64,000 nt of DNA from Candidatus Bathyarchaeota archaeon (GTDB lineage Archaea > Thermoproteota > Bathyarchaeia > 40CM-2-53-6): NCBI GenBank assembly GCA_963706285.1, contig CAVPLU010000003.1, positions 152,808 through 216,807 of the forward strand. Direction: 5' to 3'. Below are positions 17,863 through 28,863 of this stretch, piece after piece (within the stretch, counting starts at the first letter, position 1; each line of letters starts with the position of its first letter). The notes beneath the pieces were generated by a model. That model saw nothing but the letters and a program-made list of their open reading frames with translations. It was not told the DNA's origin and ran no database searches. A program made the position numbers and the translations under genes.

Positions 17863-18630
17863 TCAGAGCCCAGCGATGAGTCTGATCTTCTGGAAGGACT
17901 GATCATCGGGATTATGCTTGTAGTCCCGCAGTGCACGGACGAGCGACGCCTTTCTTCGCCATCGTAGAATGGTTCGTAGGCGTCTCGCGGGCCCGCCTCC
18001 AATCAGCAGATATTGAGAAATCGAGGTCACATTCGAAGGTCGCCGCTTGTCGCTTGCACTCTCGAAGTCAACAATTCGTGGAATATCGCCCGATTCCACG
18101 AGAACGTTCTTTGGAGCTTCACTAAGCTCACCGTGATCCAGAGAAATCCTATCCAGGCGGTAACAGTCATCTAGGAGCCCGCCGATTACTCGGCGAACTC
18201 TTCTCTTGCATCCAGTCTTCGGCAGGAGAGCAACCCATCGGTTGAGAGGAAGCCCATCGATGAGCTCCATTACGAGGAAATTGTCGCTCTGGGCGAGAAG
18301 TCTTGGGCCCACGTTCACAGAATTTGCAAGGCGAAGCATGTCTGCCTCATGACTCATATCTCGCCGGTCGGCGTCTACTCGTCTGATCTTTAAGGCGGCG
18401 GTCTGGCCACGTATCAGGGCTTTTGTGACAATGCCCACACATCCCTTTCCCAGCACTCTAGCTCGCCCAATCTGGTGCGTTCCTGAAAGTTCGATAGCGT
18501 CGACTCCGATGGAAGCCAACTCCTGCAATCTCGTCTCAACTAGGCGTGCCTCTGGCTTCGGGTAACAGAGAACAGCGGCCAAGTCGCTTGACTGAATCGG
18601 TTTCTGGGATAGAGGTATGGATTCACTCAA
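17863..18630 (-). CDS. Archaeal atypical Ser/Thr protein kinase (RIO/Bud32-like)
   Basis: LGKGCVGIV, AALKIRR, HGELSEAPKNVL, IVDFESAS; start overlaps the cca stop. Confidence 0.82.
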   Translation of the reverse strand: MSESIPLSQKPIQSSDLAAVLCYPKPEARLVETRLQELASIGVDAIELSGTHQIGRARVLGKGCVGIVTKALIRGQTAALKIRRVDADRRDMSHEADMLRLANSVNVGPRLLAQSDNFLVMELIDGLPLNRWVALLPKTGCKRRVRRVIGGLLDDCYRLDRISLDHGELSEAPKNVLVESGDIPRIVDFESASDKRRPSNVTSISQYLLIGGGPARRLRTILRWRRKASLVRALRDYKHNPDDQSFQKIRLIAGL

Positions 18631-20056
18631 GCCACGCAGGCCTTCCCTTGAGGAATTTCGTGAGGAATTGAGCCGCATCATGATTCTTTCTGTAGAAGTC
18701 GATAATGGCGGGGCCTGCAAGAACGTGATGTCTTCGCTTCAGGACAGGAGCGATCTTGCTTGCTACCCCCACGTTTCTGCCGCCGTCGCGGATTTCAGAT
18801 TGTAGGAGTTCGACGGCGTTTGTGTTCTCGCGGAGTTGATCTACTGCCCATCTATCATCGTCAACCCATGGACCGGAAATCGTTCGCTTGTCGTTCAGGT
18901 GCTTGTGGAGAAAAAGTTGAGACGCTTGAGATCTGGTAACATGTGGGCCGAAGTGCTTTCTCATTGGGGGTAAGGTGAGGCTTTCCAGTTCGAACAGGAT
19001 GACATTGAGATCTTTCTCATTACTCCAAGATGCCGAACGGGTGACATTGAAACCCTCTTGTCTGAGGAGGTTTCGCAGTGCTCTCTCAGTTCTGTACAAT
19101 TGACTCCAGAGAACATCAACTACCGCGTCCACTCGGCCCAGCTCTATGGCTAGAAGGTTCCAGTCGCGCTGCTGCATTTTGTGGCGAAACCTTGTCACAC
19201 TTAGGGGTGAGATCTTTCGATCGGTAAAGAATGTCCTACTGGGTTTGGTGCAGAAAGCACGGGAGGCCGCAACGAACTCCCAAAGTCGCCGACCGGATAT
19301 GGATGCAGCTAGGTTTCTGCCGCGGTCCACGGGATCGACTACTGCTAGCGGCGCGTTGAAGAGGTCGACCATTTCTCCCTCTCTGCCTTCATAGTAACGT
19401 TCCAGGTCGATTGTGATTGGGGCTTTCCATGATTGTGCCTGCTCAAGTGTTCTCACGAATGAGCCATAGTACATGATCAGGGTCTCGCAGAGCATGCCGC
19501 TGAAGCCTGATACTTTCACGTCGGCGCCGTAGACTCCGATTCTCTTCAAGAACGCCTTGAGGAGCCTAACCTGGTTTCTCTGATTCGAGTCAAGATGTGA
19601 GATGACGTATTCTGTGTGGTAGGGCGTGCGGTCTGTCGCGCTTCGCCACTCGCCCCGCGCCACATTGTAACATGGCACAACGTTAACACGCACATTTTCG
19701 ACGTGAGTCTCAAGATAGGGGTGTTCAGCATATCGTTCTATGATCGTGTATCCTTCTAGGGCTCGTCGAGCAATACCAAGGCAACGTTTCTCAAGATCAG
19801 CCCTGCTCAGCGAGGCGGGAACGCGCAGAAAGATGTCGATGTCAGCGTCTCCTTTCAGCCATGTGTCCTTTGCAACGGATCCATCAATTCTAACCTCTGC
19901 CTCGAGTCTATTCTTCTCGGCCTCGATGACGAGTTTGGTTCTCAGTTTCTCCGCTATGTCATTCACAGTTTTCCTTTCGGTGTCTGACGGGACTATCAGA
20001 CGTGTGACGGAATCGCAGACGCCAACGGCTTTCTCCAATCTCTCACAACTTGTCAA
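18623..20056 (-). CDS. cca: Archaeal class I CCA-adding enzyme
   Basis: GSVAKDTWLKGDADIDIF, YAEHPY, SATDRTPYHT, GFSGMLCETLI. Confidence 0.95.
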   Translation of the reverse strand: MTSCERLEKAVGVCDSVTRLIVPSDTERKTVNDIAEKLRTKLVIEAEKNRLEAEVRIDGSVAKDTWLKGDADIDIFLRVPASLSRADLEKRCLGIARRALEGYTIIERYAEHPYLETHVENVRVNVVPCYNVARGEWRSATDRTPYHTEYVISHLDSNQRNQVRLLKAFLKRIGVYGADVKVSGFSGMLCETLIMYYGSFVRTLEQAQSWKAPITIDLERYYEGREGEMVDLFNAPLAVVDPVDRGRNLAASISGRRLWEFVAASRAFCTKPSRTFFTDRKISPLSVTRFRHKMQQRDWNLLAIELGRVDAVVDVLWSQLYRTERALRNLLRQEGFNVTRSASWSNEKDLNVILFELESLTLPPMRKHFGPHVTRSQASQLFLHKHLNDKRTISGPWVDDDRWAVDQLRENTNAVELLQSEIRDGGRNVGVASKIAPVLKRRHHVLAGPAIIDFYRKNHDAAQFLTKFLKGRPAWLE

Positions 20057-20062
20057 GTGTGG

Positions 20063-20635
20063 CTATCCGCTGGCTCGCACTGCATGGATCGTGGAATACA
20101 GCGGGCCCTTGGGTGTCAGTATGCTTCTCTTCAGGCGTACTTCCTCGACATGTACGACTCCGAATGGTGTATCACGCATCTCATCCACCAGTTTCGCCAG
20201 CTCATCTTTCATCCGTCCCGTCTTCACTCGAGCGATCGTTACGTGGGGACTGAACCCCCTATTGTCTGGCTCGAATCCGATTTTCCTGAAACGTGGTTCG
20301 ATCTGTTGGAAGATATGCGATATCTCCTCACTGCCTTTTCGCATGCCAACCCACACAACGTTGATTCTCCTCAGATTCGGAAATGCTCCCAGCCCAACGA
20401 ATTCCATGTCGAAGGCGCTAAACTTGACCTCATTCATCTGCTCCTTCACAAGTTCAATAGTGGCCGCTGGGACTTCACCCAGGAACCTGACAGTTGCATG
20501 AATGTTCTCAGTTTCTACAAGCTTCAGATCTGCGCCTAGATCCCTTAATGCCCGCTGCGCTTCGATAAGCTTGGAAACGACGCTCGCCTCATCCATATCC
20601 ACTGCAACGAAGGCTCGTATCCGTTCGCCGGCCAA
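20063..20635 (-). CDS. thpR: RNA 2',3'-cyclic phosphodiesterase (2'-5' RNA ligase family)
   Basis: RAFVAVD, two 2H motifs (HATVRFLG, PHVTIAR), SILTPKGPLY. Confidence 0.92.
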   Translation of the reverse strand: MAGERIRAFVAVDMDEASVVSKLIEAQRALRDLGADLKLVETENIHATVRFLGEVPAATIELVKEQMNEVKFSAFDMEFVGLGAFPNLRRINVVWVGMRKGSEEISHIFQQIEPRFRKIGFEPDNRGFSPHVTIARVKTGRMKDELAKLVDEMRDTPFGVVHVEEVRLKRSILTPKGPLYSTIHAVRASG

Positions 20636-20722
20636 GTTTTCTTACCAAACCCACATATCAGCGCTGCCAATTTAACAATTCAAGTCAGGATAGATAGGAA
20701 AGAGGAAGGCTCGATCGTATCA

Positions 20723-21277
20723 ATGAAGCGTAAGAAGGTGATCGCGATCGTCGGGATGCCTGGTGCCGGAAAAGGCATCGTTTCAGGGGCGGCTTCATCA
20801 CACGGTTATCCAGTGCTAATCTGTGGAGATGTGGTTCGTGAGGAGACGCTGAAGAGAGGTCTGGAACCAACTCCCGAGAACACCGGCAAGGTCATGCTCG
20901 CAATACGCCAAGAGGAGGGACCATCCGTCGTTGCTGAGAGGCTAATCCCTAAGATACAATCATCAGCGGTCCCCCTAGTGGTCGTGGAAGGGGTCCGAAG
21001 CATGGACGAAGTGAACACGCTACGAAGAAACCACGATCTAGTTATCCTCGCAGTCCATGCATCTCCGAAGACACGATGCAAGCGCCTAATCGCAAGAGGC
21101 AGAAGTGACGACCCAAAGAACTGGGATGAATTCGCGGAAAGAGACTCAAGAGAGCTTGGCGTCGGAATCGGAACCGTTATCGCATTGGCAGATGAGATGC
21201 TCATCAACGAGACATCCATTGAAGACCTGAACGCAGCCGCGGAGGTTGTTCTGCTAAAGGCGAGTAGGAATGAATGA
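20723..21277 (+). CDS. UPF0200-type P-loop nucleotide kinase (dephospho-CoA-kinase-like)
   Basis: VGMPGAGKG, GDVVRE, VEGVRS, RGRSDD. Confidence 0.82.
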   Translation: MKRKKVIAIVGMPGAGKGIVSGAASSHGYPVLICGDVVREETLKRGLEPTPENTGKVMLAIRQEEGPSVVAERLIPKIQSSAVPLVVVEGVRSMDEVNTLRRNHDLVILAVHASPKTRCKRLIARGRSDDPKNWDEFAERDSRELGVGIGTVIALADEMLINETSIEDLNAAAEVVLLKASRNE

Positions 21278-21695
21278 AGTTCTATCACGTGTAGAGACTC
21301 CTCTCAATCCAACGGAGGATCCTGAGAAAGTCCTGCGAGCAGTGCGAAATCTGTTTCCTAATTGTTCGCCATCAATTGTGAGAAGTGATGAACGCCACGC
21401 CAAGGTGGAAGGGTCAATGTCCCGTTTAGAAGATCTGGATAATCTCAGAACCCTTCTTCGTCAGGAAGTCATCCGGGATGCAGCTCGCAAGATTCTACTT
21501 AGAAACATCTCAGGCTCCTCTATTGTCGTTCATTTGAATAAGCAGGCTGCTTTCGCTGGTAAAGCGTCATTCTGTGAAAGATATGACGAATCACCGCTCG
21601 GTCCCGTCACATTGACCATTACGGTTGAGAATCCTGAGCAGGTGATAGATTGGCTCGCACCGAGCTCGCGACGCAGACAAGAAATCGAAGACTAG
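21270..21695 (+). CDS. UPF0201 archaeal putative RNA-binding protein
   Basis: PTEDPEKV, IRDAAR, LNKQAAFAG, SPLGP, IDWLAP. Confidence 0.85.
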   Translation: MNEVLSRVETPLNPTEDPEKVLRAVRNLFPNCSPSIVRSDERHAKVEGSMSRLEDLDNLRTLLRQEVIRDAARKILLRNISGSSIVVHLNKQAAFAGKASFCERYDESPLGPVTLTITVENPEQVIDWLAPSSRRRQEIED

Positions 21696-21722
21696 CCTGT
21701 CGGCACTCGCTTTCGTGAGTGA

Positions 21723-22643
21723 TTAAGATAGTTCTAGCGATCCAAGCTCTTCGGCAACGATCGTCCTTGGGAAGATTGCCTTCGCCTCGGCAAGAAGTTG
21801 CTTCGTATCTTCATAGATCGAACTGATGTGAGTGAGCGCTAGGCTCTTGGAGCGGCTTCTCTTTGCGACCGTCGCTGCTTCGACGGCAGTAGAATGACCG
21901 TATTCGCGAGCTCGTTCCGACACTTCTGACGAGAACATACCATCATGTACTAGCAGATCCGAGCCGAAGGCGAGTTTGACAATTCTGTCGCAAGGTCTCG
22001 TGTCCACCGCATAAGTGATCTTCAACCCTTTACGAGAAGGGCCGACAACTTTTGCCGGATCAATCTTCTTTCCGCCGACCTTGATTGTCTTTCCCATCTG
22101 AAGCGCCTTCCAGAGTGGGCCTTTTGGTATTTTGAGTTCTCTTGCCTTTGCAGGATGAAACCGGCCGGGTTTATCGTTTTCTATGAGCGAATATGCGAGG
22201 CATGGAATGCCGTGATCAGCCCACGCCGCTTTGATGGTGTAGGTACGTGTCTTTGCTACTGTTCCTGCGTGAATCTCCACGGTTCGAACCGAGAACAATG
22301 GTCTGAACCTGAGTGTCTCTGCTGTGCATTTCACAAATTCGGAGATGCCAGGAGGTCCATAGATCTCAAGATCTCGACTCCTGCCCATGAACGACATTGA
22401 GTGAAGAAGACCTGGTATGCCGAGTATGTGGTCAGCGTGCATGTGGGAGATCAGTATCCGCATTTCGCGGTTGAAGCCCAGCTTTGCTATGAGGAACTGC
22501 TTCTGGGTGCCTTCTCCGCAGTCGAACATTACGAGGCCCCCGTCTGTCCGGACCGCAAGGCTAGGGAGGTTTCTCTTCTTGGTCGGCACGCTGCCCCCTG
22601 TACCTAGAAATGTGGCTTTCATGTCGCGGCCTCCATCAATCAT
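21723..22643 (-). CDS. rnz: Ribonuclease Z (tRNA 3' processing)
   Basis: FLGTGGSVPT, FDCGEGTQ, HMHADH, flexible arm GPLW, DTRP, HST, THIS. Confidence 0.93.
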   Translation of the reverse strand: MIDGGRDMKATFLGTGGSVPTKKRNLPSLAVRTDGGLVMFDCGEGTQKQFLIAKLGFNREMRILISHMHADHILGIPGLLHSMSFMGRSRDLEIYGPPGISEFVKCTAETLRFRPLFSVRTVEIHAGTVAKTRTYTIKAAWADHGIPCLAYSLIENDKPGRFHPAKARELKIPKGPLWKALQMGKTIKVGGKKIDPAKVVGPSRKGLKITYAVDTRPCDRIVKLAFGSDLLVHDGMFSSEVSERAREYGHSTAVEAATVAKRSRSKSLALTHISSIYEDTKQLLAEAKAIFPRTIVAEELGSLELS

Positions 22644-22644
22644 G

Positions 22645-23688
22645 TCATTGCTTTCTCAGCACAAGAATTCGTCTGGTTAGGCTTCGGTGCACATATAGCA
22701 AGTGAGATTCTACGAATTTGAATCCAACCCTTCTCGCGATTGATTGGATCCGCAGTTCGCTCGGGCAGCATATGCATAGGTAGCCTCGCTTGGAAAGAAG
22801 GTCATACGCAGCCGGGAGGAAGTCTTGGAGAAGGCCGTGGAGTTTTCGCCCGTAAGTCGAAGCCTCTCTTCCGTAAGGCGGATCAGTGACGATCGAATCA
22901 ACGCGACATATCGGGATCTTTGTGGCGTCCGCGACGATGAGGCCGAAAGGCTCGGCACCGTAATGCTTTAGGTTCGTTCTTGCTCCCCTGATCATTCGCG
23001 GATCTGCGTCCACGCCGACTGCTCTGCAGGAGATTGCGACCGCCTCGAGGAGAATTCCTCCAACTCCACAAAAAGGATCTACGAAGAGCGCTCCTTCAGG
23101 AGGTCTTGCAAGATTCACGATGCATCTGGCCAGCTTGGGTTGCATCGTTGACGGATGGAATACAGGTCTCTTTCTAGGTCTTCTAGACGCTATTAGCCCA
23201 GGAACTCTTGAGTGAGTGACTTCTCCCAAGAGTAAGCCTCGTGACGAGATCACACAGAGAAACGTCACGTCGGGAGAGTCGAGGTTAACCTTGATTCCAC
23301 CGCCCTTTCCCTTTAGGACTCCGCCGATCTCTCGCTCCAATGTTGCCCTGTTTAGATACCTGTATGCTCGGCCAACGCGGAGCGAACGAACCGCAAACGA
23401 TCGCCTCCTGACGAAGTGACGCGTAAGGTCTAGTCTCCGCAGAAGATTCAGGAGCTGTTTCTTGCTTGGACCGGCTGTAGCTATTTCGATGCCGCATTGC
23501 TCATACATCACGCTCCTCCTTGCTACCGCGTCAAGCGCTGAACGATCGGCTTTGACTCTCAGCAGTTTCACTGATGCTGCTTTTTCCTCGAAATCGATTC
23601 CTCGTGCTTGGAGAATGGCACGTATCTCTGCTTGCGGTAGAGTTCGATGCTCTCCCGAGATGACAAAGAAGAGCCGGTCCTTCACCAA
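22645..23688 (-). CDS. trm11: tRNA (guanine-10-N2)-methyltransferase (THUMP plus MTase)
   Basis: SGEH, RPVFHPSTM, DPFCGVGG, TDPPYG, VHRSLTR. Confidence 0.88.
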   Translation of the reverse strand: MVKDRLFFVISGEHRTLPQAEIRAILQARGIDFEEKAASVKLLRVKADRSALDAVARRSVMYEQCGIEIATAGPSKKQLLNLLRRLDLTRHFVRRRSFAVRSLRVGRAYRYLNRATLEREIGGVLKGKGGGIKVNLDSPDVTFLCVISSRGLLLGEVTHSRVPGLIASRRPRKRPVFHPSTMQPKLARCIVNLARPPEGALFVDPFCGVGGILLEAVAISCRAVGVDADPRMIRGARTNLKHYGAEPFGLIVADATKIPICRVDSIVTDPPYGREASTYGRKLHGLLQDFLPAAYDLLSKRGYLCICCPSELRIQSIARRVGFKFVESHLLYVHRSLTRRILVLRKQ

Positions 23689-24560
23689 ATCTTTCTCAAC
23701 GCTTCAGCAATTACCGGTGCTATTGAGACTGGTTGCGGTCGAGTCTCGATCGAGTCGGTCCCGATGGTTTCATCGACTCCTGCGGTCTTGAGTGTCCGTT
23801 CGGCATCGCCCGTGAGAAGGAGGTGCGCACACGCGGCAATGACTCTCTTTGCTCCTTGCTTCTTTGCTATCTGGGCTGTGTTTGCTATCGTCTTGCCGGT
23901 TGAAATTACGTCGTCGACTATGATTGCGTCACGGCCTTTCAGGTCCACGTCTTTGCCGGATGTGCTTACTGCGCCGGTCACTTTGTCCCTCAATTTCTCG
24001 AACCATGCGTACTCGGTCCCTAGGTTCGTGGAGACGGTTTGGGCGAGCGGGATCGCTCCATCATCCGGAGCGAGCACGTACGGATTCTCTAGCGAGCGCG
24101 TTTTCAGATATGCTCCGACAAGATTCATGCACGTCAGGTTCTCTGAGTGGATCTTGAAGAATTGGAGTGCTTTGTTGCTGGGCACATCGACAGTCAGGAA
24201 GTGCGATGCTCCGGCAGCCTCGATCAGACGAGCACTTGTCCTAGCGCTCACCGCCTCTCCGCTCCTGTACGTATCATCTTGGCGTGCATAGGCAAAGTAG
24301 GGGACGATCGCAGCAACGTCTTTGGCTCCCATTTCTCGAGCCGCGTCAAGAACAAACAATAGATCAACGAGGTTCTTGTTCTGTGGAGGGTAGCATGATT
24401 GTACTACCGCAATTTGTTTCCCGGAAACAGATTCTGGGAATCGAATGTACGTCTCTCCGTCAGGAAACACTTTGTGTTCGAGCTGCATTACGTCCGTTCT
24501 CATTGCATCCGCTACACGTCGTGCTAGGATCGGTGAAGCTGGTCCGCTCACAATCAGCAA
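23682..24560 (-). CDS. prs: Ribose-phosphate pyrophosphokinase
   Basis: FPDGE, PYFAYARQD, APDDGA, IVDDVISTGKT. Confidence 0.93.
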   Translation of the reverse strand: MLIVSGPASPILARRVADAMRTDVMQLEHKVFPDGETYIRFPESVSGKQIAVVQSCYPPQNKNLVDLLFVLDAAREMGAKDVAAIVPYFAYARQDDTYRSGEAVSARTSARLIEAAGASHFLTVDVPSNKALQFFKIHSENLTCMNLVGAYLKTRSLENPYVLAPDDGAIPLAQTVSTNLGTEYAWFEKLRDKVTGAVSTSGKDVDLKGRDAIIVDDVISTGKTIANTAQIAKKQGAKRVIAACAHLLLTGDAERTLKTAGVDETIGTDSIETRPQPVSIAPVIAEALRKIW

Positions 24561-24657
24561 GTCTAGAGCTCACGAGAACGCCTTGCGATGTTCCCAAGTA
24601 AAATGAGTTTCTAGCGAGCGCCGAGGCTACAGGCTGACTTGCACATGTCAGCAATGG

Positions 24658-25860
24658 CTAGATGGCGCCTTCTTCCCGCAGTTTCGTTATTTCGCTGTCG
24701 CTGTAATTGAGGAGCTTCTTCAGGACTTCTTCAGTATTCTCGCCCAGCAAAGGTGGTGGAGTCCTGATCTGGACCTTTGTTTCGCTGAATTTGATCGGGT
24801 TTCCTATCAGTCTCACTTTTCCTGTTTTCACATGGCTCATCTCAAGAAGCATGCCTCGGTGTAGGACTTGAGGGTCGGTAAAGATCTCGCTCATAGTGTA
24901 GACTGGTCCACATGGCACGCCTGCCTCTGTCAGGATCTTGAACCAATCCTGTCTGGGCTTTTTCGAGTAGATCTTCTCGAGTTGCGGGACCAGTTCATCT
25001 CGGTGTTTGACGCGATCTGCATTGTGAGCGAATCTTGAATCGTTCAGAAGATGTTCTGCTTGAATCGCTTTGCACATGAGCTCCCAATGTCTATCGTTTC
25101 CGACTGCCACGATCAAGTAACTGTCGTCCATGCACTTGAAGGCCTGGTACGGAACAATTGTGGGATGCGACGAGCCCGCGGGGCGAGGGTTTCTTCCGGT
25201 AGCGAAGTAGTTGCCAGCCATATAGGTCATGACGGAAACTGTTGAATCTAGAAGGGAAATGTCAATCCATTGTCCTTTGCCTGTCTGATCGCGTGCTCTC
25301 AGCGCTGCCAGTATTGCGATCGTTGCATACATTCCGCTTATGATGTCTGAGACGGCGACTCCGATTCTTACTGGCGGCCTGTCGGGTTCGCCTGTTATGC
25401 TCATGAATCCGCCCATGCCTTGCATGGCGATGTCATATGATGGCCAATCCCGATATGGCCCGCTTTGTCCGAACCCTGAGATCGAGCAATAGACGATCTT
25501 CGGATTGATTGCCTTCAATGTCTCGTAGTCAAGCCCGAGTTTCTTCGCCGTGCCAGGTGTGAAGTTCTCGATTGCTATGTCCGAAGTCTCGGCTAATTTC
25601 TTGGCAATTTCTCTAGCTTTTTCATTCTTGAGGTTCAGGGTTATGCTCTTCTTGTTGCGGTTGATTGAAAGGAAATAGGCGCTTTCACCTTCGACAAAAG
25701 GAGGCCCCCATTGTCTTGTATCATCACCTGTGCCGGGCATTTCCACTTTTATGATCTCAGCACCTAAATCTCCGAGCGTCATTGTTGCGAATGGTCCTGC
25801 TAAGACTCTGCTTAGATCTAGTACTCTGACGCCAGCCAAGGGGCCTTCCATATTCATCAC
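24658..25860 (-). CDS. CaiB/BaiF family III CoA-transferase
   Basis: PLAGVRVLDLSRVLAGP, NRNKKS, ENFTPG, SISGFGQSGPY, PPLLGENT. Confidence 0.92.
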   Translation of the reverse strand: MMNMEGPLAGVRVLDLSRVLAGPFATMTLGDLGAEIIKVEMPGTGDDTRQWGPPFVEGESAYFLSINRNKKSITLNLKNEKAREIAKKLAETSDIAIENFTPGTAKKLGLDYETLKAINPKIVYCSISGFGQSGPYRDWPSYDIAMQGMGGFMSITGEPDRPPVRIGVAVSDIISGMYATIAILAALRARDQTGKGQWIDISLLDSTVSVMTYMAGNYFATGRNPRPAGSSHPTIVPYQAFKCMDDSYLIVAVGNDRHWELMCKAIQAEHLLNDSRFAHNADRVKHRDELVPQLEKIYSKKPRQDWFKILTEAGVPCGPVYTMSEIFTDPQVLHRGMLLEMSHVKTGKVRLIGNPIKFSETKVQIRTPPPLLGENTEEVLKKLLNYSDSEITKLREEGAI

Positions 25861-26009
25861 TAGGTAGGCTTCGGGAAACAGTGGAGTATTTGACGGTTCT
25901 CCTGCAAATTATTAGGTGTCGCTTCTAGCGAACTCCAATTGAGAGCTGTCGCTGTATCAGCGTCCTTTCTACGGCGTCATGACAGACGGAGCGGATCGAG
26001 TAGTCTTGT

Positions 26010-27227
26010 TCACTTGTATGGGATGGCTACGTCTCCCATGTGTTCGCGGGCGATTATGATTTTCATGATGTTAGATCCACCTTCGGCGCCTACCACGTAG
26101 GACATGAGTCCTCGCATGCACATCTCGAGTGGGCTTTCTCTGCTGTAGCCAAGTGCGCCCTGGTACATCATTGCGTGTTTCACTATCTCGACGCCTAGAT
26201 GGGGGGCTTTGAGTTTGCAGATCGCGATAGTTTGGTTGATCTCTTTGTTGCTGAAGCTGCCATCTTTGTAGTGTTGGTCGATCATCCAGGCGCCTTTGAG
26301 GAGGTAATTCTTGAGCATTTCAAGTTGGGCGAGGTCGTCAGCGATCTCAAAGGAGATGCCTTCAAAGTTCGCTAATGGTCTTCCGAAGAGTACTCTGCTC
26401 TTGACGTAGTCGGTGCCGAGTTCGAGACATTTTTCAGCTCCGCCGAGGCAGGCGCTTGAGACGAGCGTTCGCGCGACGTTGAAGCCTTCCATGTTAACGT
26501 AGAATCCTCTATTCTCTTGGCCGAGAACATACTTGGCGGGGATTTTGACGTCTTTGTAGGTGAAGCCGCCAGTCGACAAACCCATTCGGCCCATGTCACG
26601 GAAGGTCGTGTATGAGATCCCAGCGGATTTTGCTGGGATATACGCGAAGGTCATGCCCTTGTTGCCTAGTTCAGGCGCAGTCCGGAAGAGGGTTAGGTGG
26701 CCGCCTCCCCGTTTGTTGGTTTCAAGCACGCCGCTAATGTACATCTTCTCACCGTTGATCACGTATTCATTGCCCGCTTTCTTCGCGGCGGTTTTGATGT
26801 TGGAGAGATCGGATCCGCCGCCTGCTTCTGTAGTGCAGATTCCGAGAAACCACTTGCCTGACGCAATGTTCGGAAGAACTTCCTTCTTCAACTCATCTGA
26901 GCCATGTCGAACAATTAGGTAGCTCCAACCAAGATTCAACAATGTGTATACTGGAAGTGACATGGAAAGCTCGCCCCGCGCGATCTCGTGGGTCGCAAGT
27001 GTTGCGTAGACCATCTCCTCCCCTGGACTTGCGGAGCCACCATATTCCTCTGGAATTGTGACGCCAAAGATTCCAAGTTCAACCATCTCTTTGATGATCT
27101 CCTCAGGAATCCCTGCTTCCTTCTCGTCGATCTCACGCGATCTCGGAAACAGTTTCTCGTCGCAGAAACCACGAACAGTCTTCCTGAACAATTCTTGCTG
27201 CGGAGTAATTCTGAAATCCAAAAACAT
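26010..27227 (-). CDS. Acyl-CoA dehydrogenase
   Basis: IPEEYGG, TEAGGGSD, INGEKMYIS, RVLFGRPL, GALGY. Confidence 0.92.
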   Translation of the reverse strand: MFLDFRITPQQELFRKTVRGFCDEKLFPRSREIDEKEAGIPEEIIKEMVELGIFGVTIPEEYGGSASPGEEMVYATLATHEIARGELSMSLPVYTLLNLGWSYLIVRHGSDELKKEVLPNIASGKWFLGICTTEAGGGSDLSNIKTAAKKAGNEYVINGEKMYISGVLETNKRGGGHLTLFRTAPELGNKGMTFAYIPAKSAGISYTTFRDMGRMGLSTGGFTYKDVKIPAKYVLGQENRGFYVNMEGFNVARTLVSSACLGGAEKCLELGTDYVKSRVLFGRPLANFEGISFEIADDLAQLEMLKNYLLKGAWMIDQHYKDGSFSNKEINQTIAICKLKAPHLGVEIVKHAMMYQGALGYSRESPLEMCMRGLMSYVVGAEGGSNIMKIIIAREHMGDVAIPYK

Positions 27228-27485
27228 TCCACCAATGCCCTCTCCGAATGGCGACGGAGTATATCTGGCTTTTCAGAGCAGCTCAGGCTCGCCAGGTATC
27301 CAATTGTAGAAAAGAGCCCGAGGCAATTCGCTCGAGCGGCCGTGTTCGCGATTCTCGTAGATACTGTATTTTCAGGAATCGCCAACAAGTAGATCCGGTA
27401 CTGCGAAGGAAGGAAGTCGAATGCTCAGGACTTATATTTGTTCTACCTGCCCTCTCGATCTGATTCGGATGTCGTGAAGAAAGAA

Positions 27486-28863
27486 ATGACTACACATCGT
27501 TACATACCTAACAGCAGTCCCGAAGTCAAGAAGGAATTGTTGGAGACAATCGGCCTCAAAGATTCAGAGGAACTCTTCGCCGCAATTCCGGAGAACCTTG
27601 CGTTATCGCGGTCGCTTGGATCTGCCATATGCTCCGTCGGAATATGAAGTCAAGCGGCGGATTGAAGTCTTGTTGTCGAAGAATAGTACCTCGACTGAGC
27701 TGCTGAGTTTCTTGGGTGCAGGCTGCTGGCCTCACTACGTTCCTGCTGTCTGTGACGAGATCAGCTCCAGATCGGAATTCCTGACCGCATACACAGGCGA
27801 CGCATATTCAGACTTGGGGAGGTTCCAAGCACTCTTCGAGTTCCAAAGCATGATCGGCGAACTTGTCGGAATGGACGCCGTGACTCTCCCTACGTACGAT
27901 TGGGCAAATGCTTCAGGCGATGCCATCCGCATGGCTGCGATGGTTACTGGTCGACGTGAGATCCTAGTTGCCGGAACAACAAGTCCTGAGAAGCGGTCCG
28001 TAATGCGTGCTTACTGTGGACGCGTGGCGGAAATGCAGCTGGTCGGTCGTGATCCTGAAACCGGACAGGTTAGCCTTGAGGAGCTGAAGCAGAAAGTCTC
28101 CTCTAATACGGCTGCCGTCTACATTGAGAACCCAACGTATCTCGGGTTCATTGAGACTCATGGCGAAGAGATTGCTGAGATAGTTCACAGGAAAGGGTCT
28201 CTGCTAATAGTTGGAGTTGAACCCCTTTCCTTGGGCTTACTTGCTCCGCCAGGGGATTACGGCGCAGACATAGTGTGCGGCGAGGGTCAACCACTCGGAT
28301 TGCACATGAACTTTGGAGGAGCATCGCTTGGCTTCCTCGCATGTCGAGACGAGCCACGATTTCTATCATCAACCGGACATAGGCTAATCACAATTACCGA
28401 GACTGAGCGGAAGGGAGAATGGGGATTCACATACGTTCTACCTGAAAGATCCATGTACGCCGCGAGGGAGAAGACTCCATCAATAACCGGAACAGGTGCT
28501 GCTCTATGCGCAATCACCGCCGCTGTATACCTATCGTTGCTGGGGCCTCAAGGCCTTAGAGAAGTTGCGGAAACGATAATCCAGAACTCGCGTTATGCTA
28601 TGAATCGTCTATCGGAGATACGTGGGATCAAAGTTCCATTGTTCAAATCTCCTCACTTCGAGGAGTTCACGGTCAGCTTCCCTGCTCGCAAAACGGTTCG
28701 GAAAATCAATCAGAACCTTCTCAAACATGGAATTCAGGGAGGAAAGGATCTCTCCAAAGATTTCCCAGAACTACGCAACAGCGCCTTGTATTGCGTTACT
28801 GAGATACACACCAAGGAAGATATCGACAAGTTAGCCGTGGCCCTCAAGGAGGCTGTCAAATGA
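27486..28863 (+). CDS. gcvPA: Glycine-cleavage P protein subunit 1, divergent (frameshift near 27596)
   Basis: MTTHRYIPNS...ELFAAIPEN joins across one extra base to RYRGRLDLP...SFLGAGCWPHYVP...FEFQSMI...GADIVCGEGQPLG. Confidence 0.87.

Noticed and set aside
17863-23688. Cluster of cca, thpR, rnz and trm11 considered as a dedicated system for the multi-intron tRNAs
   Set aside because: These are ordinary archaeal housekeeping neighbours, and no splicing endonuclease or RtcB gene is present here.
19740-24291. Long antisense ORFs such as 19740-20501 and 23647-24291
   Set aside because: They are shadows on the opposite strand of well-supported genes (cca, thpR, prs).
27590-27600. Frameshifts in protein genes considered as BHB mRNA introns
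   Set aside because: Homology resumes after a single base, with no extra segment or BHB structure.
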